Assembly (NCBI GenBank): GCA_043734065.1
Contig: JAYTFV010000224.1
Location: 1-47,884, forward strand
DNA from: Planctomycetota bacterium
GTDB taxonomy: Bacteria > Planctomycetota > Planctomycetia > Planctomycetales > Planctomycetaceae
Length of the DNA: 47,884 nucleotides
Direction of reading: 5' to 3'
Part shown: positions 26,424 through 35,329 of the stretch, in pieces
Layout of the letters: every line of letters begins with the position of its first letter
How positions within the stretch are numbered: the stretch's first letter is position 1
Notes under the pieces: model-generated
Database searches by the model: none
Told to the model about the DNA's origin: nothing
What the model saw: only the letters and a program-made list of their open reading frames with translations
Position numbers and translations under genes: made by a program

Positions 26424-27551
26424 CCCGAGCAGCGTCTCCAGCCAGGGGCCGAGCGCCTCGGCGGCGAGTTCATGAGCCCGGACATTCGGGTGCGAGTCGA
26501 AGCGGTTCACGACCAGCCCCTCCCTCACATGCGGCGCGAGGGCGGGGCTCAAGTCGAGGTACGGAGTCTGGTGCTGCTGGCAATACTTCCCCAACTGTTC
26601 GTCCGCCACAGCGAACGAGTCCCCCTCCCCCAGATCGTGCAGGAACGGAAACGCCACGATCACCAACCGGGTTCCGTGGTAGTCGCAGGTCTTGCGCAGC
26701 TGGTCGAGTTTGGTCGTGAAGCGGGGCCACGGTTCCGAGGTGTAGGCCCCTTTCAGATAGTCGTAATAGCCCGCCGACTCCGGACGACGCAGGCTCTGCC
26801 AGCGATACCACAGCATGTTGTAGAAATAAGTCTTCCCGAACAGCCACCCCCGCGGCTCCATCGAGGCCAGCGAGGCGAGATGCTGGGCGGTTCGGTCGTC
26901 AAAGTATTCGATGTCATTGGGAACGAACACATAGACCAGCACATCGATGGGGCGCGAGTCCCGATACAGCTCGGGCACCAGCGCATCCGTCAGCATGCGA
27001 ATGTCGGTGCCCGGCACACTCGCGTTGGAGACCAGGAACTGGTCGGGGCGTTCGCGGTCCCAGCGCGCTCGCAGCCGGTCCGTGAAGCGATCGGAAATGT
27101 TCTTCACGCCGTGCCCAAAGGTGAAGCTGTCCCCGACGAACACGATCGATTGTTGATTCGGTTGGCGCTGAGTGGGGAGCGGCTGGTCATCCCGAAAGCC
27201 GTCGCGATTCGGCTGGACATGCAGTGCGAACCAGCGGCGCGAGACGTTGGTCTGACTGAAGGAATCGGTCTGGTCGTAGAACAGGGCGCAGGCGATCTCG
27301 GGGAGGGTCAGCAGCGCCAGGAGCATCCACAATCCGAGCCCGGCATGGACGAACCTCCGCGCGAGTGGTTTCTCTCGCCAGCGCCGCCGCAACTTGAGCA
27401 ACCCCCAGAAGGTGAACCCACCCGCGAGCAGCCACAGGCACAACCCGAGTGTGTAGGCGGTTGACCAGGCGGAGAGATTCTGGAACACGGAGGGACTCGC
27501 GCGGGCGTGGTGAACCGATTTGGAATCGAGGCCGTTCCCCGAATGGTCCAC
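26409..27551 (-). CDS. membrane-anchored SGNH/GDSL-family hydrolase
   Basis: Block I is 'IVFVGDSFTFGHGV' and block V is 'NRFDSHPN' (DxxH). There are two N-terminal TM helices. The tracked start at 27551 is GTG. Confidence 0.8.
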   Translation of the reverse strand: MDHSGNGLDSKSVHHARASPSVFQNLSAWSTAYTLGLCLWLLAGGFTFWGLLKLRRRWREKPLARRFVHAGLGLWMLLALLTLPEIACALFYDQTDSFSQTNVSRRWFALHVQPNRDGFRDDQPLPTQRQPNQQSIVFVGDSFTFGHGVKNISDRFTDRLRARWDRERPDQFLVSNASVPGTDIRMLTDALVPELYRDSRPIDVLVYVFVPNDIEYFDDRTAQHLASLASMEPRGWLFGKTYFYNMLWYRWQSLRRPESAGYYDYLKGAYTSEPWPRFTTKLDQLRKTCDYHGTRLVIVAFPFLHDLGEGDSFAVADEQLGKYCQQHQTPYLDLSPALAPHVREGLVVNRFDSHPNVRAHELAAEALGPWLETLLGGSRE

Positions 27552-27567
27552 TCAGTTGAAGACGAGG

Positions 27568-27622
27568 GGTAGCTGCATTCGCCAGAATGCGGGGAGCCCG
27601 CACTCTGGCGAGTGCAGCTACC
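27568..27622. repeat. inverted pair of hairpin elements of the same family as 22844-22971
   Basis: The left arm at 27568-27591 is 'ggtagctgcattcgccagaatgcg'. The right arm at 27599-27622 is 'cgcactctggcgagtgcagctacc'. The 24-nt arms have 2 mismatches. They share GGTAGC and the TTCGCCAGAA core with the 22844 element, but the stem sequence differs in a self-complementary way (gcattc/gaatgc). Confidence 0.85.
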
Positions 27623-27647
27623 TGACAAGTTGAAACCGATGGGACAC

Positions 27648-27866
27648 TCAGAACACCGGATAGATGAACGGGGCCAGACCGGTCGTCGAGAGAAACGCGA
27701 GCAGCCCCAGCAGAAGCAAGACGACCACGATCGGGATCAGCCACCACTTCCCCTCTTGGCGCAGAAACTCCCAGAACTCGGCAATGATCCCCGGGTCCGT
27801 TTGGCTGGCCAGACGCTCCATCTCGGAAGGCTCGGGCGGCGAGGGTTCGGGTGCGGTGGGTTCCAT
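27648..27866 (-). CDS. DUF5989 / SxtK-like small membrane protein
   Basis: The 72-aa ORF starts at ATG 27864-27866. The tracked ORF to 27989 would overlap the upstream gene. 'IIAEFWEFLRQEGKWWLIPIVVVLLLLGLLAFL' is the characteristic DUF5989 helix. The gene follows an SxtJ-like gene and a carbamoyltransferase. Confidence 0.7.
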   Translation of the reverse strand: MEPTAPEPSPPEPSEMERLASQTDPGIIAEFWEFLRQEGKWWLIPIVVVLLLLGLLAFLSTTGLAPFIYPVF

Positions 27867-27921
27867 GAGTCGATCCGAAAACGATGGAGAACAAGCCCTG
27901 GAGTTGCAACCCCAGAGCTTT

Positions 27922-27949
27922 GACTGACGACTGAAAACTGACGACTGAC
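27922..27949. repeat. heptanucleotide array, 4 units of NACTGAN
   Basis: The units are gactgac gactgaa aactgac gactgac. The array lies in the 91-nt spacer between the SxtJ-like stop and the DUF5989 start. Confidence 0.8.
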
Positions 27950-27957
27950 CACTTCCC

Positions 27958-28368
27958 CTAATACTGACGAAAATGCCGTCGCGGGTCATCCGACTGTGGG
28001 CGTTCGTTCCAGTACGTGGTCGCGTGCGGGTCGGACCGCAACTGAAGCGGATCCCGCCCGAGGGCCTTCATGAGCAACCCCAGCGGCCAGATGACCGCGA
28101 AGTACAGGATCGCCAGCATCGCCTGGAACACGCACCAGCCGATCGGGAACACGACCACCATCCACGCCACATACACCCACCGCAGCAGCGGTGGCACGCA
28201 GACTCCGACCAGACCCAACCCGCCCATGATGCCGCAGACCCAGGCGGCTGTGTGGGACAGTCGTTCGTGCCACGCGAGCCATCCGGCATAGACGCACGCC
28301 AGCACGACCAGTCCGATCGCGAACGTGCGGAGAGTCTTGCGATCGGGGTTCCAGTCGATGGAAATCAT
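27958..28368 (-). CDS. SxtJ-like integral membrane protein
   Basis: The protein is 136 aa with ATG at 28366-28368. It has four hydrophobic helices and the C-terminus 'GLLMKALGRDPLQLR....YWNERP', typical of the SxtJ family found beside carbamoyltransferases. Confidence 0.75.
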   Translation of the reverse strand: MISIDWNPDRKTLRTFAIGLVVLACVYAGWLAWHERLSHTAAWVCGIMGGLGLVGVCVPPLLRWVYVAWMVVVFPIGWCVFQAMLAILYFAVIWPLGLLMKALGRDPLQLRSDPHATTYWNERPQSDDPRRHFRQY

Positions 28369-28377
28369 GGGGGGATC

Positions 28378-28426
<49 letters not shown>

Positions 28427-28454
28427 GTCAGCAGGAGGAATTGACGTGACCCCT

Positions 28455-28720
28455 CCTATCCCGAAGGGATTCCAGCGAATAGCCGGTGGTCAGCGCAGCG
28501 CCACCACGGGACAAATGTCATGAGTCGGTCCCTATCCCGAAGGGATTGAAGCCGCTCGCAGTTTCCGTTTCAAACCTCATGTTCAAACCCCATCTGATAG
28601 GTGTCACACGAATCGGCGGAGGGCTACAATCCCTTCGGGATAGGGAACTCTGAACGGATTCTATCCGGTGGTGGCGCGGCGCTGACCACCGGCTATTCGC
28701 TGAAATCCCTCCGGGATAAG
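28455..28720. repeat. nested imperfect palindrome (MITE- or structured-RNA-like) in the carbamoyltransferase/sxtJ spacer
   Basis: The outer arms are 28455-28509 and 28665-28720, ~55 nt each with 4-5 mismatches. The inner arms are 28530-28548 and 28627-28645, a perfect 19/19 match ('ccctatcccgaagggattg'). The self-palindromic motif 'tatcccgRagggat' occurs 4 times. Confidence 0.85.
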
Positions 28721-28762
28721 TGGAAGAATCTCGCGTTCCCACTGATCGCTCAACGCTCTGAC

Positions 28763-28776
28763 CCTCAACCCTCAAC
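28763..28776. repeat. two units of cctcaac, the reverse complement of the gttgagg array
   Basis: 'cctcaaccctcaac' lies just downstream of the carbamoyltransferase stop. It mirrors the array at 28378-28426 across the palindrome. Confidence 0.7.
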
Positions 28777-28784
28777 GTTCCTCC

Positions 28785-30686
28785 TCAGTCCAGCGGGAAC
28801 TTGCCAATGTACTCGTCCAGATTCACCACCGGCAGATGCTGCTGAGCCTTCTTGCGGATCAGGCACCGCCCGATCACGAGGGCGTCCATCTGCGTGGCGG
28901 TGAAGCACTTCCAGGCGTCCTGCGGCGTGCAGACGATCGGCTCGCCGCGGACGTTGAAGCTGGTGTTGATGACCAGCGGGCTGCCGGTTTGTTCGTGAAA
29001 CGCGGTGAGTAGTTGGTGGAACCGCCCGTGCCGCGCGGCGTCGACGGTCTGGATGCGGGCGGAGTTGTCGACATGCGTGATGGCCGGGACAGTGGAGCGG
29101 ACCGCGTTGATCTCGTTGAGGGGGGAAGACGGCTGATGGCTGATGGCTGATGGCTGATGGCCAGCTGCTGGCCCTAGGCTCTCCGCCCTAGGCCCTAGGC
29201 CCTGTCTCCCCTCCTCCGTCAGCAGCTCCTCTCGCACCTGCGACACCAGCAGCATGTACGGGCTGTCGAGGCCCGGCTCGGTCTCGAAGTATTCATGCAC
29301 ATGGTCGCGCAGCACAGCGGGGGCGAAGGGGCGGAACGATTCGCGGTACTTGGTCTTGAGGTTCATCACCGACTGCAGGCTCGCACTGCGGGCATCGCCG
29401 AGAATGCTGCGACCGCCGAGGGCTCGCGGGCCGAACTCCATCCGTCCCTGCATCCAGCCGACGACCTCTTCGCGGGCCAGGATGGTCGCCACCTCGCGAC
29501 AGAGCTGGGTCTCGTCCTCAATGAATTCAAAGGTGACGCCCGCTTGGTCGAGGAACGCCCGTGTCTCCGTGTCGCTGAACTCCGGGCCGAGCAGCGACCC
29601 GCGCTGGCTGTCCTGTCCAGTGGCCACGCGCGGGTGGCCGAGAATCTGATGCCACGTATAGAGAGCAGCACCGAGTGAGCCGCCCGCGTCGCCGGCAGCC
29701 GGTTGAATCCACAGGCTCTCAAACGGCCCCTCGCGCAGGATGCGCCCGTTGGCCACACAGTTGAGTGCCACCCCGCCCGCCAGACAGAGGTGCTTGGCTC
29801 CGGTCTGCGCGTGGATGTGCCGTGCGATCCGCAGCAAGATCTCCTCCGTGACCTTCTGCACCGAGGCCGCCAAGTCCATCTCCCGCTGTGTGATCTCCGA
29901 CTCCGGCTTTCGAGGCGGCCCGCCGAACAGCGAAGCAAACTTCGGCGAGGTCATCGTCAACCCATCGCAGTACCCAAAGTACGACTGGTCCATCCGGAAC
30001 GAACCGTCCGGCTTCAGATCGACGATGTGCTTCAGGATCAGTTCCGCATACCTCGGCTCCCCATACGGGGCCAACCCCATCAGCTTGTACTCCCCGGAGT
30101 TCACGCGGAACCCGCAGAAGTACGTGACCGCCGAATACAACAGCCCCAGCGAATGCGGAAACCGCAGCTCGTGCGACAGCGTGATCTTGTTCCCCTCACC
30201 GACACCGAACGAAGCGGTCGCCCATTCGCCGACGCCGTCCACGGTGAGAATCGCCGCCCGCTCATACGGCGACGGAAAGAAAGCACTCGCGGCGTGCGAG
30301 ACGTGATGCTCGGTGAACAACAGCCGCTTCGAGTTCTTCAACCCCAGCTTGTTCGTGATCTCCCTTCGGAGATGCAGCTTTTCCTTGAGCCAGACCGGGA
30401 TAGCCGCTCGAAACGAACTGAACCCGCGCGGGGCCACCGATAGATACGTCTCCAGCAGCCGATCGAACGTCAGCAGCGGCTTCTCGTAAAACGTCACCCA
30501 GTCGAGTTGGTCGACAGTCAGCCCAGCCTGCTTCAGGCAGAACTCGACCGCGTGCGACGGGAACCGCTCATCGTGCTTCTTGCGAGTGAACCGTTCTTCC
30601 TGGGCTGCGGCGACGATCTGACCATCAACCACCAGTGCGGCGGCGGAGTCGTGGTAGAAGGCGGAGAGGCCGAGGATGGCGGTCAT
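28785..30686 (-). CDS. NodU/CmcH-family carbamoyltransferase (SxtI-like)
   Basis: The N-terminus is 'ILGLSAFYHDSAAALVVDGQIVAAAQEERFTRKKHD'. Other matches are 'GGVALNC' and the C-terminal 'TSFNVRGEPIV'. The protein is 633 aa and includes a repeat-encoded insert between the N- and C-terminal domains. Confidence 0.95.
   Translation of the reverse strand: MTAILGLSAFYHDSAAALVVDGQIVAAAQEERFTRKKHDERFPSHAVEFCLKQAGLTVDQLDWVTFYEKPLLTFDRLLETYLSVAPRGFSSFRAAIPVWLKEKLHLRREITNKLGLKNSKRLLFTEHHVSHAASAFFPSPYERAAILTVDGVGEWATASFGVGEGNKITLSHELRFPHSLGLLYSAVTYFCGFRVNSGEYKLMGLAPYGEPRYAELILKHIVDLKPDGSFRMDQSYFGYCDGLTMTSPKFASLFGGPPRKPESEITQREMDLAASVQKVTEEILLRIARHIHAQTGAKHLCLAGGVALNCVANGRILREGPFESLWIQPAAGDAGGSLGAALYTWHQILGHPRVATGQDSQRGSLLGPEFSDTETRAFLDQAGVTFEFIEDETQLCREVATILAREEVVGWMQGRMEFGPRALGGRSILGDARSASLQSVMNLKTKYRESFRPFAPAVLRDHVHEYFETEPGLDSPYMLLVSQVREELLTEEGRQGLGPRAESLGPAAGHQPSAISHQPSSPLNEINAVRSTVPAITHVDNSARIQTVDAARHGRFHQLLTAFHEQTGSPLVINTSFNVRGEPIVCTPQDAWKCFTATQMDALVIGRCLIRKKAQQHLPVVNLDEYIGKFPLD
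29131..29205. repeat. two heptanucleotide arrays embedded in frame in the carbamoyltransferase CDS
   Basis: (ggctgat)x4 lies at 29131-29158. After a 12-nt spacer come gccctag gctctcc gccctag gccctag gccctgt at 29171-29205. Read on the minus strand these give '..GRQGLGPRAESLGPAAGHQPSAISHQPS..'. Confidence 0.85.
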
Positions 30687-30824
30687 GGGGAGAGATGAGA
30701 GAGGTGATTTGACAGTGTGGGGATCATAGCGACTCCCGCCGTGGAGTCAGTGCGAACGTGAGGGGCATCCAGCGGTTTGAGTGGAAGCCGAAGTCGTGTC
30801 TCCACTCCGCACCGCACGCTTCCG

Positions 30825-32024
30825 TCAGCGCAATCCCGGTGTCAGCGGCACGACGAACTTCGGAAATTCGCGGGACAGAATGAGGGTCAACTCCGGCTCC
30901 AGCAGATGGGCCACCTCGACCGCCCCCGCATTCGTGAAGTGGTAGTAGTCGTAGTAGAACCGGGAATCCTTGGGCATGGTTCGCGCGAGGTCAATCAGCG
31001 GCACACCGAGTTCGCGGGCCACGTCCCGAGTCACCGCGTTGTAAAGTTCCAGAACCTGCCACTGCACATCTCCGTTCAGTTCACCGACCGCAACCCGCGC
31101 CAAGTTGACCCCGGTCTGGGGATCTTTCGCGGGTCCAAACAGCGCGGGCTGAGTGATGAGGATCGGGACGATGTGAGCCGGACGACATTGTTCGATCAAG
31201 GCCCGCACTCGGTTGCGGTATCCGGGAAGGAATGCCTGGCGATGGCGGTCGAGGATTTCCGTCGTCTGCTCCGGCGAGAGATCCACTGTCTGCGACTCGT
31301 TCCATTGGAGCTGCGCATGATTGATGTCCTGATGCGAGACACCCGCAGTGCGGGCCTGGGCGGTGCGTCGCAGGTTGTCGAACAGGGCTGCGGTGGCCGA
31401 ATGTTCGACGAACCAGAAGTAGGACTTCTCCCCCCAGCCATGGGCCCAATAGCCCTTCTGGAGTTTGTCATCGTTGAGGTGAGACCGGTCCAATCCCACA
31501 TCATTGGCCCCGATCAGAAACAGCACACACTTGGGCTTGAGAGTGAGCAGGTATTGATTCATGAGTTGCCGGTGGCCAAACGTCGTATGTCCATCCAGCC
31601 CCGCATTGTTGAGCCAGAGATGTCGATACTGGCCCTCCAGTCGCTGCCTCAGCAGTTCCGGCCAGGTCTTATCATCGGACAGGTAATAACACTCCGTCGT
31701 GCTGCCACCGACCGTCACAATGGAGAGCGACTGCGCGAGATCGGAAGGGGGATCGGCTCCTCGAAACCCAATCGAGTTCCGAGCCTGCACGATCTCCGCA
31801 TCGACCGTCGAAATCGTGGTGTTCTTGAACACCGTGCGCTGGTTGATGGGCAGGGCGATGCGGCTGCCACGAATCCGAAGTTGAACCGGTGGGAACCAGC
31901 GCAGTGAGACCTCCAGCAGCAGCAAGGCGGAACTGATTCCCAGAGCGGCTGCGATCAGGCGAAACAAGATCCGTCGCCTCCGTGTGATGGGCGGTGGGGA
32001 CGGAGATGCAGGGGAGGAGTCCAT
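30825..32024 (-). CDS. membrane-anchored SGNH-like hydrolase (divergent block I)
   Basis: I chose the ATG at 32022-32024 (the tracked ORF runs to 32225). There is an N-terminal TM helix 'ILFRLIAAALGISSALLLL'. Block I is 'IVTVGGSTTECYY', block III is 'LFLIGANDVG' and block V is 'DYYHFTNAG'. Confidence 0.65.
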   Translation of the reverse strand: MDSSPASPSPPPITRRRRILFRLIAAALGISSALLLLEVSLRWFPPVQLRIRGSRIALPINQRTVFKNTTISTVDAEIVQARNSIGFRGADPPSDLAQSLSIVTVGGSTTECYYLSDDKTWPELLRQRLEGQYRHLWLNNAGLDGHTTFGHRQLMNQYLLTLKPKCVLFLIGANDVGLDRSHLNDDKLQKGYWAHGWGEKSYFWFVEHSATAALFDNLRRTAQARTAGVSHQDINHAQLQWNESQTVDLSPEQTTEILDRHRQAFLPGYRNRVRALIEQCRPAHIVPILITQPALFGPAKDPQTGVNLARVAVGELNGDVQWQVLELYNAVTRDVARELGVPLIDLARTMPKDSRFYYDYYHFTNAGAVEVAHLLEPELTLILSREFPKFVVPLTPGLR

Positions 32025-32205
32025 CGGCGGGGCGCTTTCGGGTCGGCTGTGACCGGAGAAATCCCGGCTCGCTGCCTGCCAGTTCTCGCAGGCAGCAGCT
32101 TGCACTTTATACTGACACTTCTCCCGATTGCGAATCGCTTGCAGTCTGGTGACACTGCCCATTGACTGTGGAAACTCCACCACCCGCGAACCCGGACGAG
32201 ACTCG

Positions 32206-33534
32206 ATGCCCGTACCTGACACCAATCAGTCGCTCGCCACGACGGCCCCGTTCACGGCGTTCCGATCTCGCCGAAAGTGGTTCTTCCGGGCGGTGGTTCT
32301 ACTCCTGGCCTGGATCGCGATCGAGACATTTTCTTGGGGAGTGATTCAAGCCGTGGTCCGGCATGGGATGCGCGGGATCCGTGACCTGCAACGAGAAGTC
32401 GGGCGCCTCAGTGTCAATTCGGCCAGTTCGAATGAGACCTTTCATCCCTATCTCGGCTGGGTGAAAAACCCCGACATCCTGCATGAGGTCGACTGTTGCG
32501 GCCTGACGCTGAAGACCAACCGCTATGGCTTATTCGACTCCACGGATGGCATTCATCGCCGCAGCCCGGACCGCCTGATCGTGGCGATTGCGGGCGGTTC
32601 GGTGGCCTGGCAAATGTCGTGCGCGGGAGCGGATGTCCTACGACGAAAGCTGCACGAGGTGCCCGCGTATCGGAACCGGGAAATTCTCTTCGTGCGGCTG
32701 GCCCAGTCGGGCTACAAGCAGCCGCAGGCCCTGTTTGCACTGAATTACTATCTCCTGCTGGGCGGCGAGTTTGACATCGTGATCACGCTGGACGGGTATA
32801 ACGAGGTCGCGCTGCCGGTGGCGGAGAACTTCGCCTCGAATGTGGCCCTCGATTATCCCCAGGGCTGGCACGCCCGCACGCTCGATATCGTCGACCCGCG
32901 CGATGCCGACTTCTCCCTGCGGGTGTTCGAGATTCGCGGCACCCGCCAACGGGCAGCCCTGGCGGCGGTGAGTTCTCCACTGCGTTTTCTGCCGTCGTAT
33001 CAACTGCTGTGGTACGTGCGCGAGGAACGCTTGAGGAATGAGTTCATCGAAATCGAACAGGCACTCCTGGGTCGGAGCCGAGCCCGCAGCAAGGCGTTCA
33101 TCAACTCCGGACCGCATCCCACCGTCAAGAACCAAGACGAAGCGATCCTGGAGAGCGTTCGCCTCTGGAAGCAGGCCACGCTCCAGATGCACCAGCTCTG
33201 TGAGGCGAACCAGATCCTCTCGATCCACGCGATCCAGCCCAATCAATACGACATTGGGTCCAAGCCGCTCTCAGACATCGAGAAGCGGGATTGCTACGGC
33301 GAGGACTTCGAGTATGGGCAAGTCGTCAAGCAGGCCTTTCCGCTGCTCCGCACCGAGGGAGCCGCCCTGCGTTCTCGGGGTGTGCGGCAGTTCGACCTGA
33401 CCCAACTCTTCGCCCACACGACCCAGACGCTCTATGTCGATCCCTTCTGCCATGTGAATCAGCGGGGGTCGGAGATGCTGGCCGAGGCCCTCGGCGACTG
33501 CGTGATCGAGGCCCTCGCTGCGGACCCGAAATGA
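32206..33534 (+). CDS. membrane-anchored hypothetical protein, possibly a remote SGNH/AlgJ-like acyl-esterase
   Basis: I chose the ATG at 32206 (the tracked ORF starts at 32128). The TM helix is 'FFRAVVLLLAWIAIETFSWGVI'. 'IVAIAGGSVAWQ' resembles a degenerate block I. 'VDPFCHVNQRGSEMLAEAL' resembles block V but with non-canonical D-x3-H spacing. The functional call is weak. Confidence 0.5.
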   Translation: MPVPDTNQSLATTAPFTAFRSRRKWFFRAVVLLLAWIAIETFSWGVIQAVVRHGMRGIRDLQREVGRLSVNSASSNETFHPYLGWVKNPDILHEVDCCGLTLKTNRYGLFDSTDGIHRRSPDRLIVAIAGGSVAWQMSCAGADVLRRKLHEVPAYRNREILFVRLAQSGYKQPQALFALNYYLLLGGEFDIVITLDGYNEVALPVAENFASNVALDYPQGWHARTLDIVDPRDADFSLRVFEIRGTRQRAALAAVSSPLRFLPSYQLLWYVREERLRNEFIEIEQALLGRSRARSKAFINSGPHPTVKNQDEAILESVRLWKQATLQMHQLCEANQILSIHAIQPNQYDIGSKPLSDIEKRDCYGEDFEYGQVVKQAFPLLRTEGAALRSRGVRQFDLTQLFAHTTQTLYVDPFCHVNQRGSEMLAEALGDCVIEALAADPK

Positions 33535-33543
33535 AGTCGTGGC

Positions 33544-33561
33544 CCGGGCCCATTGGCCCGG
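33544..33561 (+). terminator. short GC hairpin after the 32206-33534 gene
   Basis: The structure is 'ccgggcc catt ggcccgg', a 7-bp GC stem with a 4-nt loop, 10 nt after the stop. There is no clear T-tract. Confidence 0.4.
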
Positions 33562-33727
33562 CCTGCCTCTGTCGGCGATGTCGCTCCCCGACTCGCAGAC
33601 TCGGTGAACATGGAGCATGGAACAGGGAGTATGTATAGTCCAGATGCCCTGTCACTCGACCGGCCTGTCCCCGTGAGACGACTCTTCTCGTGGGTCCGAG
33701 CTTTCGCCTCTTCGATCGAGATTCATC

Positions 33728-35074
33728 ATGCACCGTCGCTCGTTCTTGACCACCTCTGCCGCCGGAGTGGCGGCCCTGACCACTGGCAGTTACGCCGCTG
33801 CATTGGCCGACAAGCCGCAGCGGGTGGGCCTGATCGGGTGCGGCTGGTATGGAAAGTCGGACCTGCTGCGGTTGGTGCAGGTCGCCCCGGTGGAGGTCGT
33901 GTCGCTGTGCGATGTCGACTCGACGATGCTCAAGGAGGCGGGTGAACTCGTGGCCAGTCGGCAGGTGTCGAAGAAAGTCCCGCGTCTGTACGGGGACTAT
34001 CGCGAGATGCTCAAGGAGAAGGATCTCGACATCTGCCTGATCGCCACGCCCGATCATTGGCATGCCTTGCCGATGATCGCCGCCTGCGAGGCCGGGGCGG
34101 ACATCTATGTCCAGAAGCCGATCAGCCTCGACATCGCCGAAGGCCAGGCCATGGTCGCAGCTGCTCGCCAGCACAAGCGTGTGGTCCAGGTCGGCACACA
34201 ACGCCGCAGCACGCCACACCTCATCAGTGCTCGCGACAAGATCATCAAGGAGGGGAAACTCGGCAAGATCGGCGTGATCGAGATCTACTGTTACTACCAC
34301 ATGCGGGCTCGCGAAGACATCCACGCTGCACCGGATGAGGCAGCCCCCGCGAACCTCAACTACGACATGTGGACCGGCCCCGCTCCGCTGATGCCGTACA
34401 ACAAGCTGATTCACCCACGGCGCTGGCGGGCCTTCATGCAGTACGGCAACGGGATCGTCGGCGACATGTGCATTCACATGCTCGATATGGTCCGCTGGAT
34501 GCTCGACCTCGGCTGGCCGATCAGCGTCTCGTCGACCGGCGGCATCTATGTCGACAAGGCCAGCCGCGCCAATATCACCGACACGCAGACCGCGACGTTC
34601 GACTTCGGCGACTTGCAAGTGATCTGGGAACACCGCTCCTACGGCGATGCCCCCGACCCCAAGTACCCGTGGGGAGCGACATTCTACGGCGACAAGGGGA
34701 CTCTCAAGGCCAGCGTCAACAGTTGGGACTTTACCTCCCGTAACGGTGGCCAGCCGCTGCACGAGGATGTCGTGATGGAACTCGACAAGTACCCCGAGGA
34801 CAACACCGAGAAGGACCTGGAGAAGCACGTCGCTCCGGCGATTCGCGGCCACATGGTCGACCTGCTGCACAACATCCAGACTCGCGGAAAGTGCGTCGCT
34901 GACATCGAGCAGGGCCACATCTCGACCACGAGTTGCATCCTGGCAAACATGTCGCAGAAGCTCGGGCGGTCGCTGAAGTGGGACGCAGCAGCTGGTAAGA
35001 TCGTCGGCGATGCTGAGGCGAACGCCTTGGCGAAGCGCCCGTACCGCGCCCCGTGGATTCACCCAGCGGGGTGA
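33728..35074 (+). CDS. Gfo/Idh/MocA-family NAD(P)-dependent oxidoreductase with a twin-arginine (TAT) signal
   Basis: The TAT signal is 'MHRRSFLTTSAAGVAALTTGSYAAA' and the Rossmann motif is 'RVGLIGCGWYGK'. The protein is 448 aa. The 584-aa antisense ORF is a shadow ORF. Confidence 0.9.
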   Translation: MHRRSFLTTSAAGVAALTTGSYAAALADKPQRVGLIGCGWYGKSDLLRLVQVAPVEVVSLCDVDSTMLKEAGELVASRQVSKKVPRLYGDYREMLKEKDLDICLIATPDHWHALPMIAACEAGADIYVQKPISLDIAEGQAMVAAARQHKRVVQVGTQRRSTPHLISARDKIIKEGKLGKIGVIEIYCYYHMRAREDIHAAPDEAAPANLNYDMWTGPAPLMPYNKLIHPRRWRAFMQYGNGIVGDMCIHMLDMVRWMLDLGWPISVSSTGGIYVDKASRANITDTQTATFDFGDLQVIWEHRSYGDAPDPKYPWGATFYGDKGTLKASVNSWDFTSRNGGQPLHEDVVMELDKYPEDNTEKDLEKHVAPAIRGHMVDLLHNIQTRGKCVADIEQGHISTTSCILANMSQKLGRSLKWDAAAGKIVGDAEANALAKRPYRAPWIHPAG

Positions 35075-35227
35075 CCTCAATAACCCGACGCGTCAGCGAG
35101 GGACCGAGCATAGCGAGGCGTGCCGCCCAAGCGTCCAGACCGGACAGTAAGCGTCCCTCTCCAGCAGCTCACACTCCCGTAGGACGCCCAGAGCGTCCGC
35201 CCTCGCTGACGCGTCGGGTTACTGAGG
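35075..35227. repeat. 153-bp element bounded by 28-bp terminal inverted repeats (REP/MITE-like); probable terminator
   Basis: The left arm at 35075-35102 is 'cctcaataacccgacgcgtcagcgaggg'. The right arm at 35200-35227 is 'ccctcgctgacgcgtcgggttactgagg'. They match 27/28 as reverse complements. The left arm starts the nucleotide after the oxidoreductase stop codon, and the loop contains a 'ggacgc..gcgtcc' hairpin. Confidence 0.9.
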
Positions 35228-35329
35228 CATGCAGCGTCAGCCCCCGGAGAATCGAGCCAACTCTTCGGAATCCCGGTTGTGTTCGTGACAATGTTTCGGT
35301 TCCACAGGAATCAACCCGAGGAGCGAAGC

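Noticed and set aside
33326-35080. 584-aa minus-strand ORF, the second-longest ORF in the region
   Set aside because: It is exactly antisense to the well-supported TAT-signal Gfo/Idh/MocA oxidoreductase. Its translation is Arg/Gly/Pro/His-rich with no motifs, which is the typical shadow ORF of high-GC DNA.
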